The notes: a model not told the origin generated them from the letters alone. 64,000 bases of DNA from Bdellovibrionales bacterium (GCA_965242515.1 OZ251448.1:56978-120977), one strand, 5' to 3'. Positions 49,180 to 59,073 are shown, counted from the stretch's first letter. Numbers and translations: made by a program.

Positions 49180-49332
49180 TGGAAAAAACCTCACTCCAGA
49201 GCTTAGGAATACAACTTTTAAAGTGAGCAAACCCAAGTCAAAAGCTTATGCCTGCGGTTTACCGCAAAGTGAAAGCCCAAGGCTACTACTTTGCGTCAAA
49301 TCCGAACTCGTTTTGAATTTAATTTGCTCACT
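49180..49332 (+). repeat. Partial B left arm plus family B copy 6 (49222-49332)
   Basis: agtgagcaaa...tttgctcact arms; invariant core 49297-49316. Confidence 0.88.
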
Positions 49333-49733
49333 ATTTAAATAGTGACATTATTATCTTTGATAGTCAGTACTATTTCTGTAGTCATTATGTAATTAATAAG
49401 TTATTGTTTATTTTTCTCATCGGCTTTAATGTCGAGGTGCTTTTCTATTCTTTTAAGGCATCTTTTATAGTCTATCAATTCTTTTACTACATAAACCGCA
49501 AATATAGCAAATAAAATTGAAGGTCCTAAACCAACACCTCCTTCATTTTACCCGCACCCTTCCCATTAAAAGCTATGGGAAAGATGAGGGCATAGCCTCA
49601 ACACGCCTACTTTAAAAAATAGTGGCTCGGAAATATTTTCCGAACCTTTTGAAAAAAAGCACTAAGTGCAATGGCTGGCGGACATGGTAAATCCGCAAGC
49701 TCGGTTGTTTTGATCTGTAATTTTTACAAACTC

Positions 49734-49829
49734 CCAAAAAAAGATTATGCAGTGCGTAATTTTAGGATAAAAAGCTCTACAAGTCGGATTTGTGGAAAAT
49801 CCGATAAAGAATTTACGGAGATTTGCATG
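49734..49829 (+). repeat. Family E leader, copy 2
   Basis: Matches 43696-43804; tcggattt-gtgga-aaatccga hairpin. Confidence 0.85.
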
Positions 49830-50150
49830 GATAAGAAAAATAGATTTTCAAAATGGTTTTCTTTGGGTGAGGACAAACCTCTTACTAACAGACAATTCAA
49901 CATCCTTATTTTCTGTCTTTTTTTAGCATGGATAGTGGTTCAATTTATAAACAACCATTATCAAACAAAAAGTTGGACATTAGATTTTAAAACAGAGAAA
50001 ATAATTTTTGAAAATAATAGATTTAATAGAGAACTAGATAGAAAACAAAGAGACCGACATGATCAAAACGCAGAACGTCGTCATAAAGAAATAATGCAAT
50101 TAATTAAAACAAACTGCTTAACAGATAAAAGTAAAGGAGGTGGCAAATGA
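49827..50150 (+). CDS. Small single-TM hypothetical protein
   Basis: ATG 49827 with SD ggag at end of family E leader; ends KGGGK. Confidence 0.65.
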   Translation: MDKKNRFSKWFSLGEDKPLTNRQFNILIFCLFLAWIVVQFINNHYQTKSWTLDFKTEKIIFENNRFNRELDRKQRDRHDQNAERRHKEIMQLIKTNCLTDKSKGGGK

Positions 50151-50196
50151 AATACATTTGCAAAAGGAGATGCTTTGATGTTACTGCTTGCCGTGT

Positions 50197-50227
50197 AAGC
50201 CTGGATTCCTGCCTCCGCAGGAATGAC
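50197..50227 (-). repeat. Single family A palindrome
   Basis: aagcctggattcctgcctccgcaggaatgac; same flank as guaA copy. Confidence 0.85.
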
Positions 50228-50296
50228 GACTGACGTAATAATATCACTTTAAATTAAAGAGTGGATGTCATTTTGAATTAACAAGCAGGAGTGGGT

Positions 50297-50554
50297 TCAC
50301 ACTTCTTGGGCGATTATCTCTAAAATCTTTATCCATTTGTTAATAAGAGTGCTACGACTACTCTCATCTCCACCAAACTTGATAAATCCTCCTAATGCTA
50401 GAGCCATCCCAACACAAACAATTAACAATAAAGCATACTCTACCATAATGCCTCCTTTTTGCTGACACTTACGATGATCTATAAACCGCAACCCCCCACA
50501 CAATATTAAAAATACTGTAAAAAGATTTTTAAAAAAATGGTTCATATAATCCAT
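50297..50554 (-). CDS. Flp/Tad-type pilin-like protein
   Basis: KGGIMVEYALLL prepilin-like G-x4-EY motif followed by hydrophobic helix. Confidence 0.7.
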   Translation of the reverse strand: MDYMNHFFKNLFTVFLILCGGLRFIDHRKCQQKGGIMVEYALLLIVCVGMALALGGFIKFGGDESSRSTLINKWIKILEIIAQEV

Positions 50555-50578
50555 ACCTATTCCCTCCCTTCTTTTAGG

Positions 50579-51241
50579 TTACATTACACCCTCTTTGTTT
50601 TGTAACAAAGATATAGCTGTTTTGTAATCTTTATGTTTAAAAATAAAATCCCCAGATATTAATACATCAGCTTGTTCTAATACAGGCAACAAGTTGCTAT
50701 TAATCCCCCCGTCAACTTGAATAGAAATATTGTTAAGCCCCAGCCTTTTTATTTCTTTTTTTACCGTATAAATCTTATCCACCTGCCCCGGTAAAAACTT
50801 CTGACCGCTTGCCCCTGGGTTGACCGTCATAATTAACACTATATCCACCATATTTAAAAAAGGGAAAATACTCTCCACAGGGGTGTCCGGCTTTAAAGTA
50901 ATACCTGCTTGTACTTTTGCATCCCGTATTTGTTGCAAAGTTTTTTTTATATCACCTTGTGATTCAATATGAACGGTTATAGAACACACACCACTTTTTG
51001 CCAAAGCACTAATATGATGCTGGGGGTAGGTTACCATTAAATGGGCGTCTAAAGGTAAAGAAGTGATATTGCTAATAGCCTGAACAATGCCTGCTCCAAA
51101 AGTAATTTGTGGAGTAAAATGCCCGTCCATAATGTCTAGGTGTAAACGGTTAGCTCCTGCTTTTTCTATCAATCGCACCTCCTCTAGAAGCTGAGTAAAA
51201 TCAGCCGATAAAATACTAGGTGCAACCATGTGTGTTGCCAA
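50579..51241 (-). CDS. rpe: Ribulose-phosphate 3-epimerase
   Basis: APSILSADF, HLDIMDGHF, DAHLMV, MTVNPG, VDGGIN. Confidence 0.97.
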   Translation of the reverse strand: MATHMVAPSILSADFTQLLEEVRLIEKAGANRLHLDIMDGHFTPQITFGAGIVQAISNITSLPLDAHLMVTYPQHHISALAKSGVCSITVHIESQGDIKKTLQQIRDAKVQAGITLKPDTPVESIFPFLNMVDIVLIMTVNPGASGQKFLPGQVDKIYTVKKEIKRLGLNNISIQVDGGINSNLLPVLEQADVLISGDFIFKHKDYKTAISLLQNKEGVM

Positions 51242-52187
51242 AATAATCTCCTTTTTTAAGTTGAGTTCCTCTTAAATAAGCCCCTGCCTGCATGCACTTT
51301 TTAGACTCTGGTTGTAATTGTAAAATATTTAATAGCCCGTTACCACACATAATAGTAAAATAATCCTGATTAACACTTACTACCTGCCCGGGTTGGAAGT
51401 GTGATGTGTTATTTTCTTCTGCCAGTTTGGCTTTATAAATCTTTATACGCTTTTTTTTGTAAAAAGTATAAGCTTGAGGTCCTATAGCAAGTGCTCGTAT
51501 TTGGTTGAAAATTACTCTGGCAGGCTTAGACCACATAATAAGACATTCTTTTTTTTGGATTTTATGTGCATAAGTGGCTTGACTTTCATTTTGCAAAGCC
51601 CCCTCCCACGGTTTATGCATAAATGATAATAAGTCTTTTGTCAACATACTTTGCACTAATAACTTAAGCCTTGCAAAAACAGTTACAGAGTCCATATCGT
51701 CTGTGAGAGTAAAAGTTTTTACTTTGATAATGGCACCTGTGTCTAAACGAGGCTTTACAATTTGTAAAGTCATGCCTATTTGTTTATCGTCTGCCATAAT
51801 GGCCCTTTGTACGGGGGCTGCCCCCCTCCAGCGAGGTAAAATGCTGGCATGAAAATTCACCACCCTTTGAGGAAATAAGTTTAAAAACTCCCTTGGCAAT
51901 ATTTTGCCATAAGCTAACACAATAGCCCACTTGGCATTCCAAGCCTTAACAGTAGATAAAAATTTTAAGTCTTTTAAATCACTAGGCATAAGTAGCGGTA
52001 CTGACTTTTCTAAAGCAAGCCCAGCTACCGGAGAATAAAGTTTTGCTTTTTGCCCCCTGCCGGCTATTTTAGGCTCTTGTGTAATCACACCACATAGCTT
52101 TATTTGTAAAGGGTTATTCAAACAAACATTCAGAGCATGGCGAGCTATTTCATTAGTACCTAAAAAAATAACCTTTTGAGCCGTCAC
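51216..52187 (-). CDS. fmt: Methionyl-tRNA formyltransferase
   Basis: AYGKILP, NFHASILPRWRGAAPVQRAI, LDTG, ATYAHKI. Confidence 0.96.
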   Translation of the reverse strand: MTAQKVIFLGTNEIARHALNVCLNNPLQIKLCGVITQEPKIAGRGQKAKLYSPVAGLALEKSVPLLMPSDLKDLKFLSTVKAWNAKWAIVLAYGKILPREFLNLFPQRVVNFHASILPRWRGAAPVQRAIMADDKQIGMTLQIVKPRLDTGAIIKVKTFTLTDDMDSVTVFARLKLLVQSMLTKDLLSFMHKPWEGALQNESQATYAHKIQKKECLIMWSKPARVIFNQIRALAIGPQAYTFYKKKRIKIYKAKLAEENNTSHFQPGQVVSVNQDYFTIMCGNGLLNILQLQPESKKCMQAGAYLRGTQLKKGDYFGNTHGCT

Positions 52188-52765
52188 GAAGCCGTGGTCT
52201 GACTTTCCGGTTGAGGGTAACCATGCTTTTTAATTTGAGCCTTTAAAGCTTGTGCCTTTACAGGGCTTAGATGATCAATAAATAACTTGCCGTTTAAATG
52301 GTCTATCTCATGTTGCATGCAAATAGCGAGTACCCCGTCTGTTTTTATGTGCCGTTTTTGACCTGATAAGTCTAACCCTTCAACCTCTATGAGAGAAGAC
52401 CTTTTTACCTCCGCATAATAAGAAGGAAAACTCAAACAACCCTCTAAAAAAGTTGTATGCCCTGTGGCTTTTGTAATCTCTGGGTTAAATAATATTACAG
52501 GTTGTTGTACAGTTTTTTCGTATTCCCCAGGAGAGGACTGCTCATACCGCTTATTATCCCCTTGTAAAAGAGGACGAGTGTCAGCTATAAATAAACGGAC
52601 AAACACTCCAACCTGTATAGCCGATAAACCTAAACCAGAGGTTGCACGCATAGTGTGTAACATATTGTCTGCTAAAGTTTGTAGATCAGGGGTGACAGTA
52701 GTAATAGGAGTACACTTTTTTCTTAACCGTGGGTCGGGGAATTTTAAAATCTCTAATACTGCCAT
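52184..52765 (-). CDS. def: Peptide deformylase
   Basis: GLGLSAIQVG, EGCLS, QHEIDHLNG. Confidence 0.97.
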   Translation of the reverse strand: MAVLEILKFPDPRLRKKCTPITTVTPDLQTLADNMLHTMRATSGLGLSAIQVGVFVRLFIADTRPLLQGDNKRYEQSSPGEYEKTVQQPVILFNPEITKATGHTTFLEGCLSFPSYYAEVKRSSLIEVEGLDLSGQKRHIKTDGVLAICMQHEIDHLNGKLFIDHLSPVKAQALKAQIKKHGYPQPESQTTAS

Positions 52766-52777
52766 TTGTTGATTATC

Positions 52778-52919
52778 CTTACTTGTTTATACCTCTGTTG
52801 CTTGTGTCTCACTTGTTTATACCTCTGTTGTTTGTGCCTCTGTTGTTTTTACCTCTGTTGTTTTTACATTTGTTGTTTGTGCCTCTGTTGCTTGTGTCTC
52901 TGTTGTTTGTGTCTCACTT
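52778..52919. repeat. Degenerate 15-bp tandem repeat x9 upstream of def
   Basis: ctctgttg(c/t)ttgtg(c/t)-type units at 15-nt period. Confidence 0.85.
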
Positions 52920-53036
52920 TATTAAAGTCACGAAAATAAGTATTATTGCACCCTACTGTAATAAATATAACCAATAATTTATAATCTGTCTACCCTATAA
53001 TGCCCTTCTTTAACCAAAACATACAACTCAAAAAGG

Positions 53037-54233
53037 TTAGAGCAAGGTTTTACGAATAGCCTTTATGGTTTGAATCAAGTACTGCGGGTTGATTTTTTTT
53101 GCGTTCACTAATATTGAAGGGGTGCCTGTAATATAAATTTGCAAACCTGCTTCTATTTGCTTTTTTGCCATTTCTAGGCTGAAATTGCCTGCAACACATT
53201 TTTCTAATTGCTGCCAGTTAAACCCCAATTTTAAGTTATTTTTTAGTGTTTGTAAAGCGAGCTTTGTGCTTTGAGATTGCATAAATAGCTTTTGATTTTC
53301 AAAAATAAAATCATGCACTTGCCAAGCTTTATCTTGCTTTTTAGCACACCAGACCACCCGAGTTAAAAAACACGAAATACCCCCCTTTACCTCGCAACGG
53401 TCTAAAGAAAAAGAAAAGAAATTGAGCCGCACATCAGGATGCGATTTTTGAAACATCTTTAATAAATAATAACTATCTTTACAATGAGGACATAAAAAAT
53501 CAGCAAACTCTGTAATGGTAATAACAGCCTCCCCCTTTTTAGCACCCTTTGTTAATAAAGGGGCTTGTGTTATCTCCTTCACAGGGGCAGACTGCCAATC
53601 TAATAACAAATAAGGTGTTTTTTTCTGAGATATGTTATTGCCACTCACCTGTGCAAATACCTTATCACTTAAAAAAGCCATCCCTACCCAAGCTATAAGT
53701 ACTCCTACCATCATCGCCCCGTTTAATTGACCCCAACTTTTACTTAATTGCGATAGAGAAAATGCCCTTTTAGTAAAAATCACCCTCCCCACTTTGTAAT
53801 AAACTACCCCCATTACAAAAGATAAAATATATAAAATAATGCAAAACGGACAAAACATATCCAACACAAAATACGATAGCCCCAAAAGCACTAAAGATGC
53901 CCCTACCGACACAGATACCAATAAAGCTAACATCACCCCTATAGTAAATACATTCTCTGCTAACCCCGCAAATAATACAAAAGCTAAAAAAGCAATAACG
54001 ATGTTGAGAGACAACCCCCAATCCGATAAGGGCAAACCTGCAAAATGAGCATACTCAGACACTAATGTATTGTCGCAATTAAAAGCACTACTCACACGGC
54101 AAATAGAAGAAGCAAACCTGTCCCCCTTAAATAAAGACTGCCCCCGCATACTTAAATAAGCATGAAACGCCACAGAAAATAAAGCACACAGGCAAATAAT
54201 AAATAACTTTTTTTGAATTTTTATCATCATCAA
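53037..54233 (-). CDS. VKOR-DsbA/thioredoxin fusion protein
   Basis: C-x7-C loop pair, TM CPFC, then EFADFLCPHC and GTPS. Confidence 0.9.
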   Translation of the reverse strand: MMMIKIQKKLFIICLCALFSVAFHAYLSMRGQSLFKGDRFASSICRVSSAFNCDNTLVSEYAHFAGLPLSDWGLSLNIVIAFLAFVLFAGLAENVFTIGVMLALLVSVSVGASLVLLGLSYFVLDMFCPFCIILYILSFVMGVVYYKVGRVIFTKRAFSLSQLSKSWGQLNGAMMVGVLIAWVGMAFLSDKVFAQVSGNNISQKKTPYLLLDWQSAPVKEITQAPLLTKGAKKGEAVITITEFADFLCPHCKDSYYLLKMFQKSHPDVRLNFFSFSLDRCEVKGGISCFLTRVVWCAKKQDKAWQVHDFIFENQKLFMQSQSTKLALQTLKNNLKLGFNWQQLEKCVAGNFSLEMAKKQIEAGLQIYITGTPSILVNAKKINPQYLIQTIKAIRKTLL

Positions 54234-54393
54234 TTATCATCATCACTTTACAAAAAAACATATTATATGTTATATTTTTTTAGGATGTCAATAAAAGGGG
54301 AATATAGGGCAGAAGGAAATATAAGGATAATATCAGAAGGAAAGATAGAGCAACAGGAAATATAGGAAAAAAGGATAATATAGGAGGCTTTAA

Positions 54394-54813
54394 CTGAAAA
54401 CTATAAATAACACACTAAAAAATAACGCACTAAAAAATGACACATCGTTACAAAATCCATCGCAAAATCCATCACTTAATCCATCCTCTCATCCGTTAGA
54501 AGACATTGCCAATATATGGCTTTTGAGGCAAAAAAGCTCTAAAGTGTGGAAAAAACAAGGTCCTTTTTCCCTCACACAAGTAAAAGGTTTTTTAAAAACA
54601 GGCTTATGTTCCGACAAAGATTTTATATGGAGACCCGGTTTTAAAGAATGGGCGAGAATCAGCCTAAGAAAAGAGTTTTCTACCCACCCGGGGCACACAT
54701 TAGAAGATATACTCATTCAACAAAATCGTAAATATCAAGTGCAAAAACCTCGAAACATCCGATACTGTGCCAGACGAGCTACTTTTTTGCATTTATCTTA
54801 CAAAGAGTTGTAA
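54394..54813 (+). CDS. GYF_2 (DUF4339)-like domain protein; start uncertain (CTG 54394 or TTG 54523)
   Basis: W...QGPFSL...IWRPGFKEW motif. Confidence 0.7.
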   Translation: MKTINNTLKNNALKNDTSLQNPSQNPSLNPSSHPLEDIANIWLLRQKSSKVWKKQGPFSLTQVKGFLKTGLCSDKDFIWRPGFKEWARISLRKEFSTHPGHTLEDILIQQNRKYQVQKPRNIRYCARRATFLHLSYKEL

Positions 54814-54971
54814 AAAAGTAATTTATTTTATACTCTTAATTTTGAAAACTTTATAAAGTTCATAATATTATGAGCTTATATAAGCATAAATAGTAAATTA
54901 AAGCATAAATACAGAAAGCATACAGAATAAAAAGAAAAAACATAAAGAAAACACAGCAGAGGATTAACTCT

Positions 54972-56051
54972 ATGATTTTTGAGCAAATGGGTCGTTTTGG
55001 AGAGCACGAGCAAGTGGTGTTTTTTCAAGATCTTTCAGTGAACTTAAAAGGCATTATCGCTATCCACAGCACTCGTCTTGGTCCCGCTTTAGGGGGATGT
55101 CGCATGTGGTCTTACGCTTCAGAAAACGAAGCCCTAGAGGATGTACTCAAACTATCGCGTGGTATGACCTATAAAGCCGCTGTGGCAGGGTTAGAGCTAG
55201 GGGGAGGTAAATCTATCATTATTGGCGAACCCCAGATTAAAACACCTCAGCTTTTTCAATCTTTTGGTCGTTTTGTGGATTCGTTAAATGGTAATTACAT
55301 TACAGCAGAAGATGTAGGCACTAGCGTAGACGATATGCGTTATATTCGTCAAGAAACCCGTTTTGTAACAGGCTTGCCTCATTATTTAAGAGGTTCGGGG
55401 GACCCGAGCCCTTTCACAGCTCGTAGCACTTTAATAGGCATGAAAGTGGCAGTTCTTCATAAGCTCAACAAAGCCTCTTTAAATGGTTTGCATGTTGTGG
55501 TACAGGGTGTAGGGCATGTGGGTTGGTATTTAGCCACATTGCTTTTACAAGAAGGGTGCAAGGTAAGTGTGTGTGATATTTCTTCTAAAAAAACATTAGC
55601 TTTTAAACAAAAATACCCCGAAGTAAAAATTGTATCTACAGATGATGTGTATGATGTAGCGTGTGATATTTTCTCACCTTGTGCATTAGGAGGAGTGATT
55701 ACCCCTCAAGTAGTAAGCAAACTCAAATGTTCTATCATAGCAGGGGCTGCTAACAATCAATTAGACACTTTAGAAACAGAGATACAAATTCAACAAAAGG
55801 GTATTCTTTATGTGCCGGATTTTGTCATCAATGCTGGAGGGCTTATTAATGTGTTTGTAGAAACCACAGGTTGTTATTCAGAAGAAGTGGTTTTAAAAAA
55901 AATTGAAAACATTTCTGATGTATTAACAGAGATTTTAAACCAGTCAGTAAAAACCAACAATCTCCCAACGGATGTCGCCATTAGCATTGCTAACAGCCGT
56001 CTGCAAGGGGGGTATGCTGATTTAATAAGGAAAAAAGAAAGTGTCTCATAG
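54972..56051 (+). CDS. Leucine dehydrogenase (Glu/Leu/Phe/Val family)
   Basis: GPALGGCRM, LSRGMTYK, GGGKS, TAEDVGT, GAANNQL, INAGG. Confidence 0.94.
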   Translation: MIFEQMGRFGEHEQVVFFQDLSVNLKGIIAIHSTRLGPALGGCRMWSYASENEALEDVLKLSRGMTYKAAVAGLELGGGKSIIIGEPQIKTPQLFQSFGRFVDSLNGNYITAEDVGTSVDDMRYIRQETRFVTGLPHYLRGSGDPSPFTARSTLIGMKVAVLHKLNKASLNGLHVVVQGVGHVGWYLATLLLQEGCKVSVCDISSKKTLAFKQKYPEVKIVSTDDVYDVACDIFSPCALGGVITPQVVSKLKCSIIAGAANNQLDTLETEIQIQQKGILYVPDFVINAGGLINVFVETTGCYSEEVVLKKIENISDVLTEILNQSVKTNNLPTDVAISIANSRLQGGYADLIRKKESVS

Positions 56052-56871
56052 CAACCTACCTCATACTACATCTACTAAATTAGCACCTAAAGATAAAGAC
56101 CCTTTGTCTCGTTTTATTGCTTGGTCTCATAAATGGGTGGTCGGATATTTTCATTATATTTTAGTTTTAATTGTGCTGGCATTGGTGGTGTTTGGTATCG
56201 TATTATTTTGGAATTATTGGACTCAGAGGCAAAACCAAAAAGCAGAAGATGCACTATATAATGTTAAGCAAGCTTTAATAGAGGTAGAAAAAAAAGAGGG
56301 AGGTAATGTATTAAGTTTTGACAAACAAGGTAAGGGTTTTTTTAAACCAGCACAAAAAGCAAAAACATACACTTCAGAAATGAAAGATAAAGCCCAACAA
56401 TATGTATCAGCTATTTTAAAGTACAAACATGTACCTGCAGGGGCTGTAGCGAGTGTAGAAATGGCTTATTTTCTAAACACCTACGATCAACCAGACCAAG
56501 CACTAAAATTGTTACAAACGGTGTCAAAACATTTTAAGCAAAAAACAATAGTGGGTTTTTTGTTAGCTTTTCAAACAGGGGTGGTACTCATGGACCAAGG
56601 TCATTACACACAGGCTTTAGAGAAGTTTCAGTGGATAGAAGTATGTGAGCAGGCAAAATATTTGCATGCCGATGCACTGTTAAAAATGGGTTTAATATAC
56701 GAAGCCACAAAACAAATAGCAAAAGCCAAGTCTACTTACCACCGTATTAAAACAAACTTTGCACAATCTGGTGCCAGCAAAAGGGCTTTGCAATATTTAA
56801 ACTTACTACAAGTGAAATTGGCACTAGAATCAAAAACCCCAAAACCCATTCAGAAAAAAGATATTAGATAA
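56041..56871 (+). CDS. Membrane-anchored TPR protein, YfgM-like
   Basis: N-terminal TM helix, TPR helices, upstream of BamB-like gene. Confidence 0.78.
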   Translation: MSHSNLPHTTSTKLAPKDKDPLSRFIAWSHKWVVGYFHYILVLIVLALVVFGIVLFWNYWTQRQNQKAEDALYNVKQALIEVEKKEGGNVLSFDKQGKGFFKPAQKAKTYTSEMKDKAQQYVSAILKYKHVPAGAVASVEMAYFLNTYDQPDQALKLLQTVSKHFKQKTIVGFLLAFQTGVVLMDQGHYTQALEKFQWIEVCEQAKYLHADALLKMGLIYEATKQIAKAKSTYHRIKTNFAQSGASKRALQYLNLLQVKLALESKTPKPIQKKDIR

Positions 56872-56901
56872 CATGTTAGATAACAGATTAGATAACAAAT
56901 T

Positions 56902-58152
56902 ATGACATCACTTACTCATTTACTAAAACACTTAGTGTATTGTGTGGCAATGGTGGCTTTTTGTATGGCGTGTTTTGTGCCTTTAAGCTATGCCCGTGGG
57001 CGTAAAGCGAGTGTTAATATAGTGGGTGTTAATAAAATAGCCGTTAATAAAGTGAGTATTGATAAAGTATGGGTACGCCAGACTTTTCGTAAAAATGGTC
57101 CTTTGGTGAGTGCATTGCAACCAGTGCGTGCGGTATTTGTGGGTCGCGATTTGGTTGTACAAGGTAACAGAATTAACGGAGTGCATGCTTACACAAGGAA
57201 GTGGGGTAAAAAGCGGTGGAGCTTATGGGTTAAAGGAGGGGTAGCAGGTGATTTACTATTTGTTCCTTCTGACATAAGTGGGGAGCGTAAAAAAAGTGCA
57301 AAGTCAAAAAAAGAAAATAAGAAGTATCGCGGGTATTTAATTTTTGGTGGAGCGGATGGTTTTATTTACGCCGTTTTTGCACAAACAGGGCAGGTTTTTT
57401 GGAAGCAGTTTATTGGTTCTGCAATGTTTAGTCAGCCTGTTTTACACAAAAATAGAATCTATATTGCACAAGTCGGTAAATTGTACTGTTTAAAAGCCCG
57501 TACGGGGGAAGTGGTATGGACTTATAGGGTTCGTCTCAAAAAACCAGAGTTTATTGTAGAGGGGATAGCTACTCCTTTAGTCACTCCTCAGTGGATTTAT
57601 TTTAAAAGTGGGGATGGTGTGTTATCGGCACTGAACCACAAGGGGCGAAGAAGGTGGAAAGTGTCGTTATCTCGCAAAGAAGATAGATTCACATCCGCTT
57701 TATCGGCACCCGTTATGGGTAAATTATGCTTGTATTCTGCAGGTTTTGAATCAGGGCTTTACTGTTTAAACAAAAACACAGGGGCTGTGATATGGAAAAC
57801 CACTATGGGTTCTCACGGTGATGTGGTATTAGACGGTAACCGTTTATTTTATCCTACTTCCAATGGGAAAGTGTTAGCTTTAGACCAAAAATCAGGTAAG
57901 AAAATTTGGGAACATCAAGTACCCCATTCCATTGCTACGGATTTATCTCTTTATAAACATTATTTAGTGTATGGGGAGTTTTCAGGTGCGTTGCGACTGT
58001 TGTCTAAAAAAGATGGTGCATTGCAGGGGGCTTTTTTCTTTGGTAAGGGGTTATCGGCTAAGCCACTTGTGTCTTTAGCAGATAAGGCTTTGTATTTTAT
58101 TTCTAATTATGGGTGGCTTTACAAAGTCAGTATTTCTTTAAAACAGGTGTAA
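56902..58152 (+). CDS. PQQ-like beta-propeller protein, BamB-like
   Basis: Repeated ALDxxSGxxxW-type blades. Confidence 0.85.
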   Translation: MTSLTHLLKHLVYCVAMVAFCMACFVPLSYARGRKASVNIVGVNKIAVNKVSIDKVWVRQTFRKNGPLVSALQPVRAVFVGRDLVVQGNRINGVHAYTRKWGKKRWSLWVKGGVAGDLLFVPSDISGERKKSAKSKKENKKYRGYLIFGGADGFIYAVFAQTGQVFWKQFIGSAMFSQPVLHKNRIYIAQVGKLYCLKARTGEVVWTYRVRLKKPEFIVEGIATPLVTPQWIYFKSGDGVLSALNHKGRRRWKVSLSRKEDRFTSALSAPVMGKLCLYSAGFESGLYCLNKNTGAVIWKTTMGSHGDVVLDGNRLFYPTSNGKVLALDQKSGKKIWEHQVPHSIATDLSLYKHYLVYGEFSGALRLLSKKDGALQGAFFFGKGLSAKPLVSLADKALYFISNYGWLYKVSISLKQV

Positions 58153-58153
58153 C

Positions 58154-59017
58154 ATGTCTCAAATAAGTGATAAAAGGAAACATTTTAAACAGCAATTAAA
58201 ACAAGGGCGTTGCTTGCGTTTTGTGGGTTCGTTTTCCCCTTTAGTGTCGCGGTTAATTGAAGAGCGAGGTTTTGAAGGAGTGTATGTTTCAGGAGCTGTA
58301 CTTTCAAGTGATTTAAATTTACCTGACTTGGAGTTAAATACTTTATCCGAAGTGGTAGATAGAGGGGGGAGTATTGCAGGTGGTAGCACACTCCCAGCTT
58401 TGGTGGATGCCGATACAGGTTTTGGTGGTTCTTTGTTGAATGTGGCTCGTACAACAGCAGAGTTAGAAATGGCTGGTTTTTGTGGTTTGCATTTAGAAGA
58501 TCAAAAAAGCCCTAAAAAATGTGGTCATTTAGATAATAAAGAGCTTATTAGTGTCAAACAAATGCAAAGTAAAATTACCACGGCTTTAAAAGCAAGGCAA
58601 GATCCAGCTTTTCTTATTGCCATCCGAACAGATGCCAGAGGGGTTGAAGGCTTAAATGCTTCTATTGATAGGGCTAAAGCTTACCAAGATGCCGGGGCAG
58701 AAGCTATTTTCCCAGAAGCTTTGTCAGATAAAAAAGAGTTAGAACAATTCAGAAAAGCTATCCCTCTGCCTTTAATTGCTAATATGACGGAATTTGGAAA
58801 AACCACTCTTTTATCCGTGCAAGAATTAGAACAATTAGGCTATAACATGGTTTTATACCCTGTATCAGTATGGAGGTTGGCTTTAAAAGCTGTATCAGAT
58901 GGTTTAAGTGAGTTGAACAAAACTGGACACCAAAAAAACCTCTTACATAAAATGCTTACCAGAAAAAAACTGTATGAACTTTTAAAATACTCGGAATACG
59001 AAAAAGCACTTGACTAA
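58154..59017 (+). CDS. prpB: Methylisocitrate lyase
   Basis: DADTGFG, EDQKSPKKCGH, ANMTEFGKT. Confidence 0.94.
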   Translation: MSQISDKRKHFKQQLKQGRCLRFVGSFSPLVSRLIEERGFEGVYVSGAVLSSDLNLPDLELNTLSEVVDRGGSIAGGSTLPALVDADTGFGGSLLNVARTTAELEMAGFCGLHLEDQKSPKKCGHLDNKELISVKQMQSKITTALKARQDPAFLIAIRTDARGVEGLNASIDRAKAYQDAGAEAIFPEALSDKKELEQFRKAIPLPLIANMTEFGKTTLLSVQELEQLGYNMVLYPVSVWRLALKAVSDGLSELNKTGHQKNLLHKMLTRKKLYELLKYSEYEKALD

Positions 59018-59073
59018 ATAACCTATAGAAATAAAAATAAATAATTTTAAACAAAACATAAGGAGCTATAGTT

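Noticed and set aside
2846-49332. Family B as integron attC sites
   Set aside because: No RYYYAAC/GTTRRRY ends, not arranged as a cassette array, sits within core operons, and no integrase in the window
49404-49545. Minus-strand 46-codon TM-like frame (GVGLGPSILFAIFAVYVVKEL...)
   Set aside because: No in-frame start after the upstream stop; at most a gene remnant
52729-52977. 82-aa hydrophobic ORF (LF(I/V)PL repeats)
   Set aside because: Translation of the 15-bp repeat, antisense to the def leader
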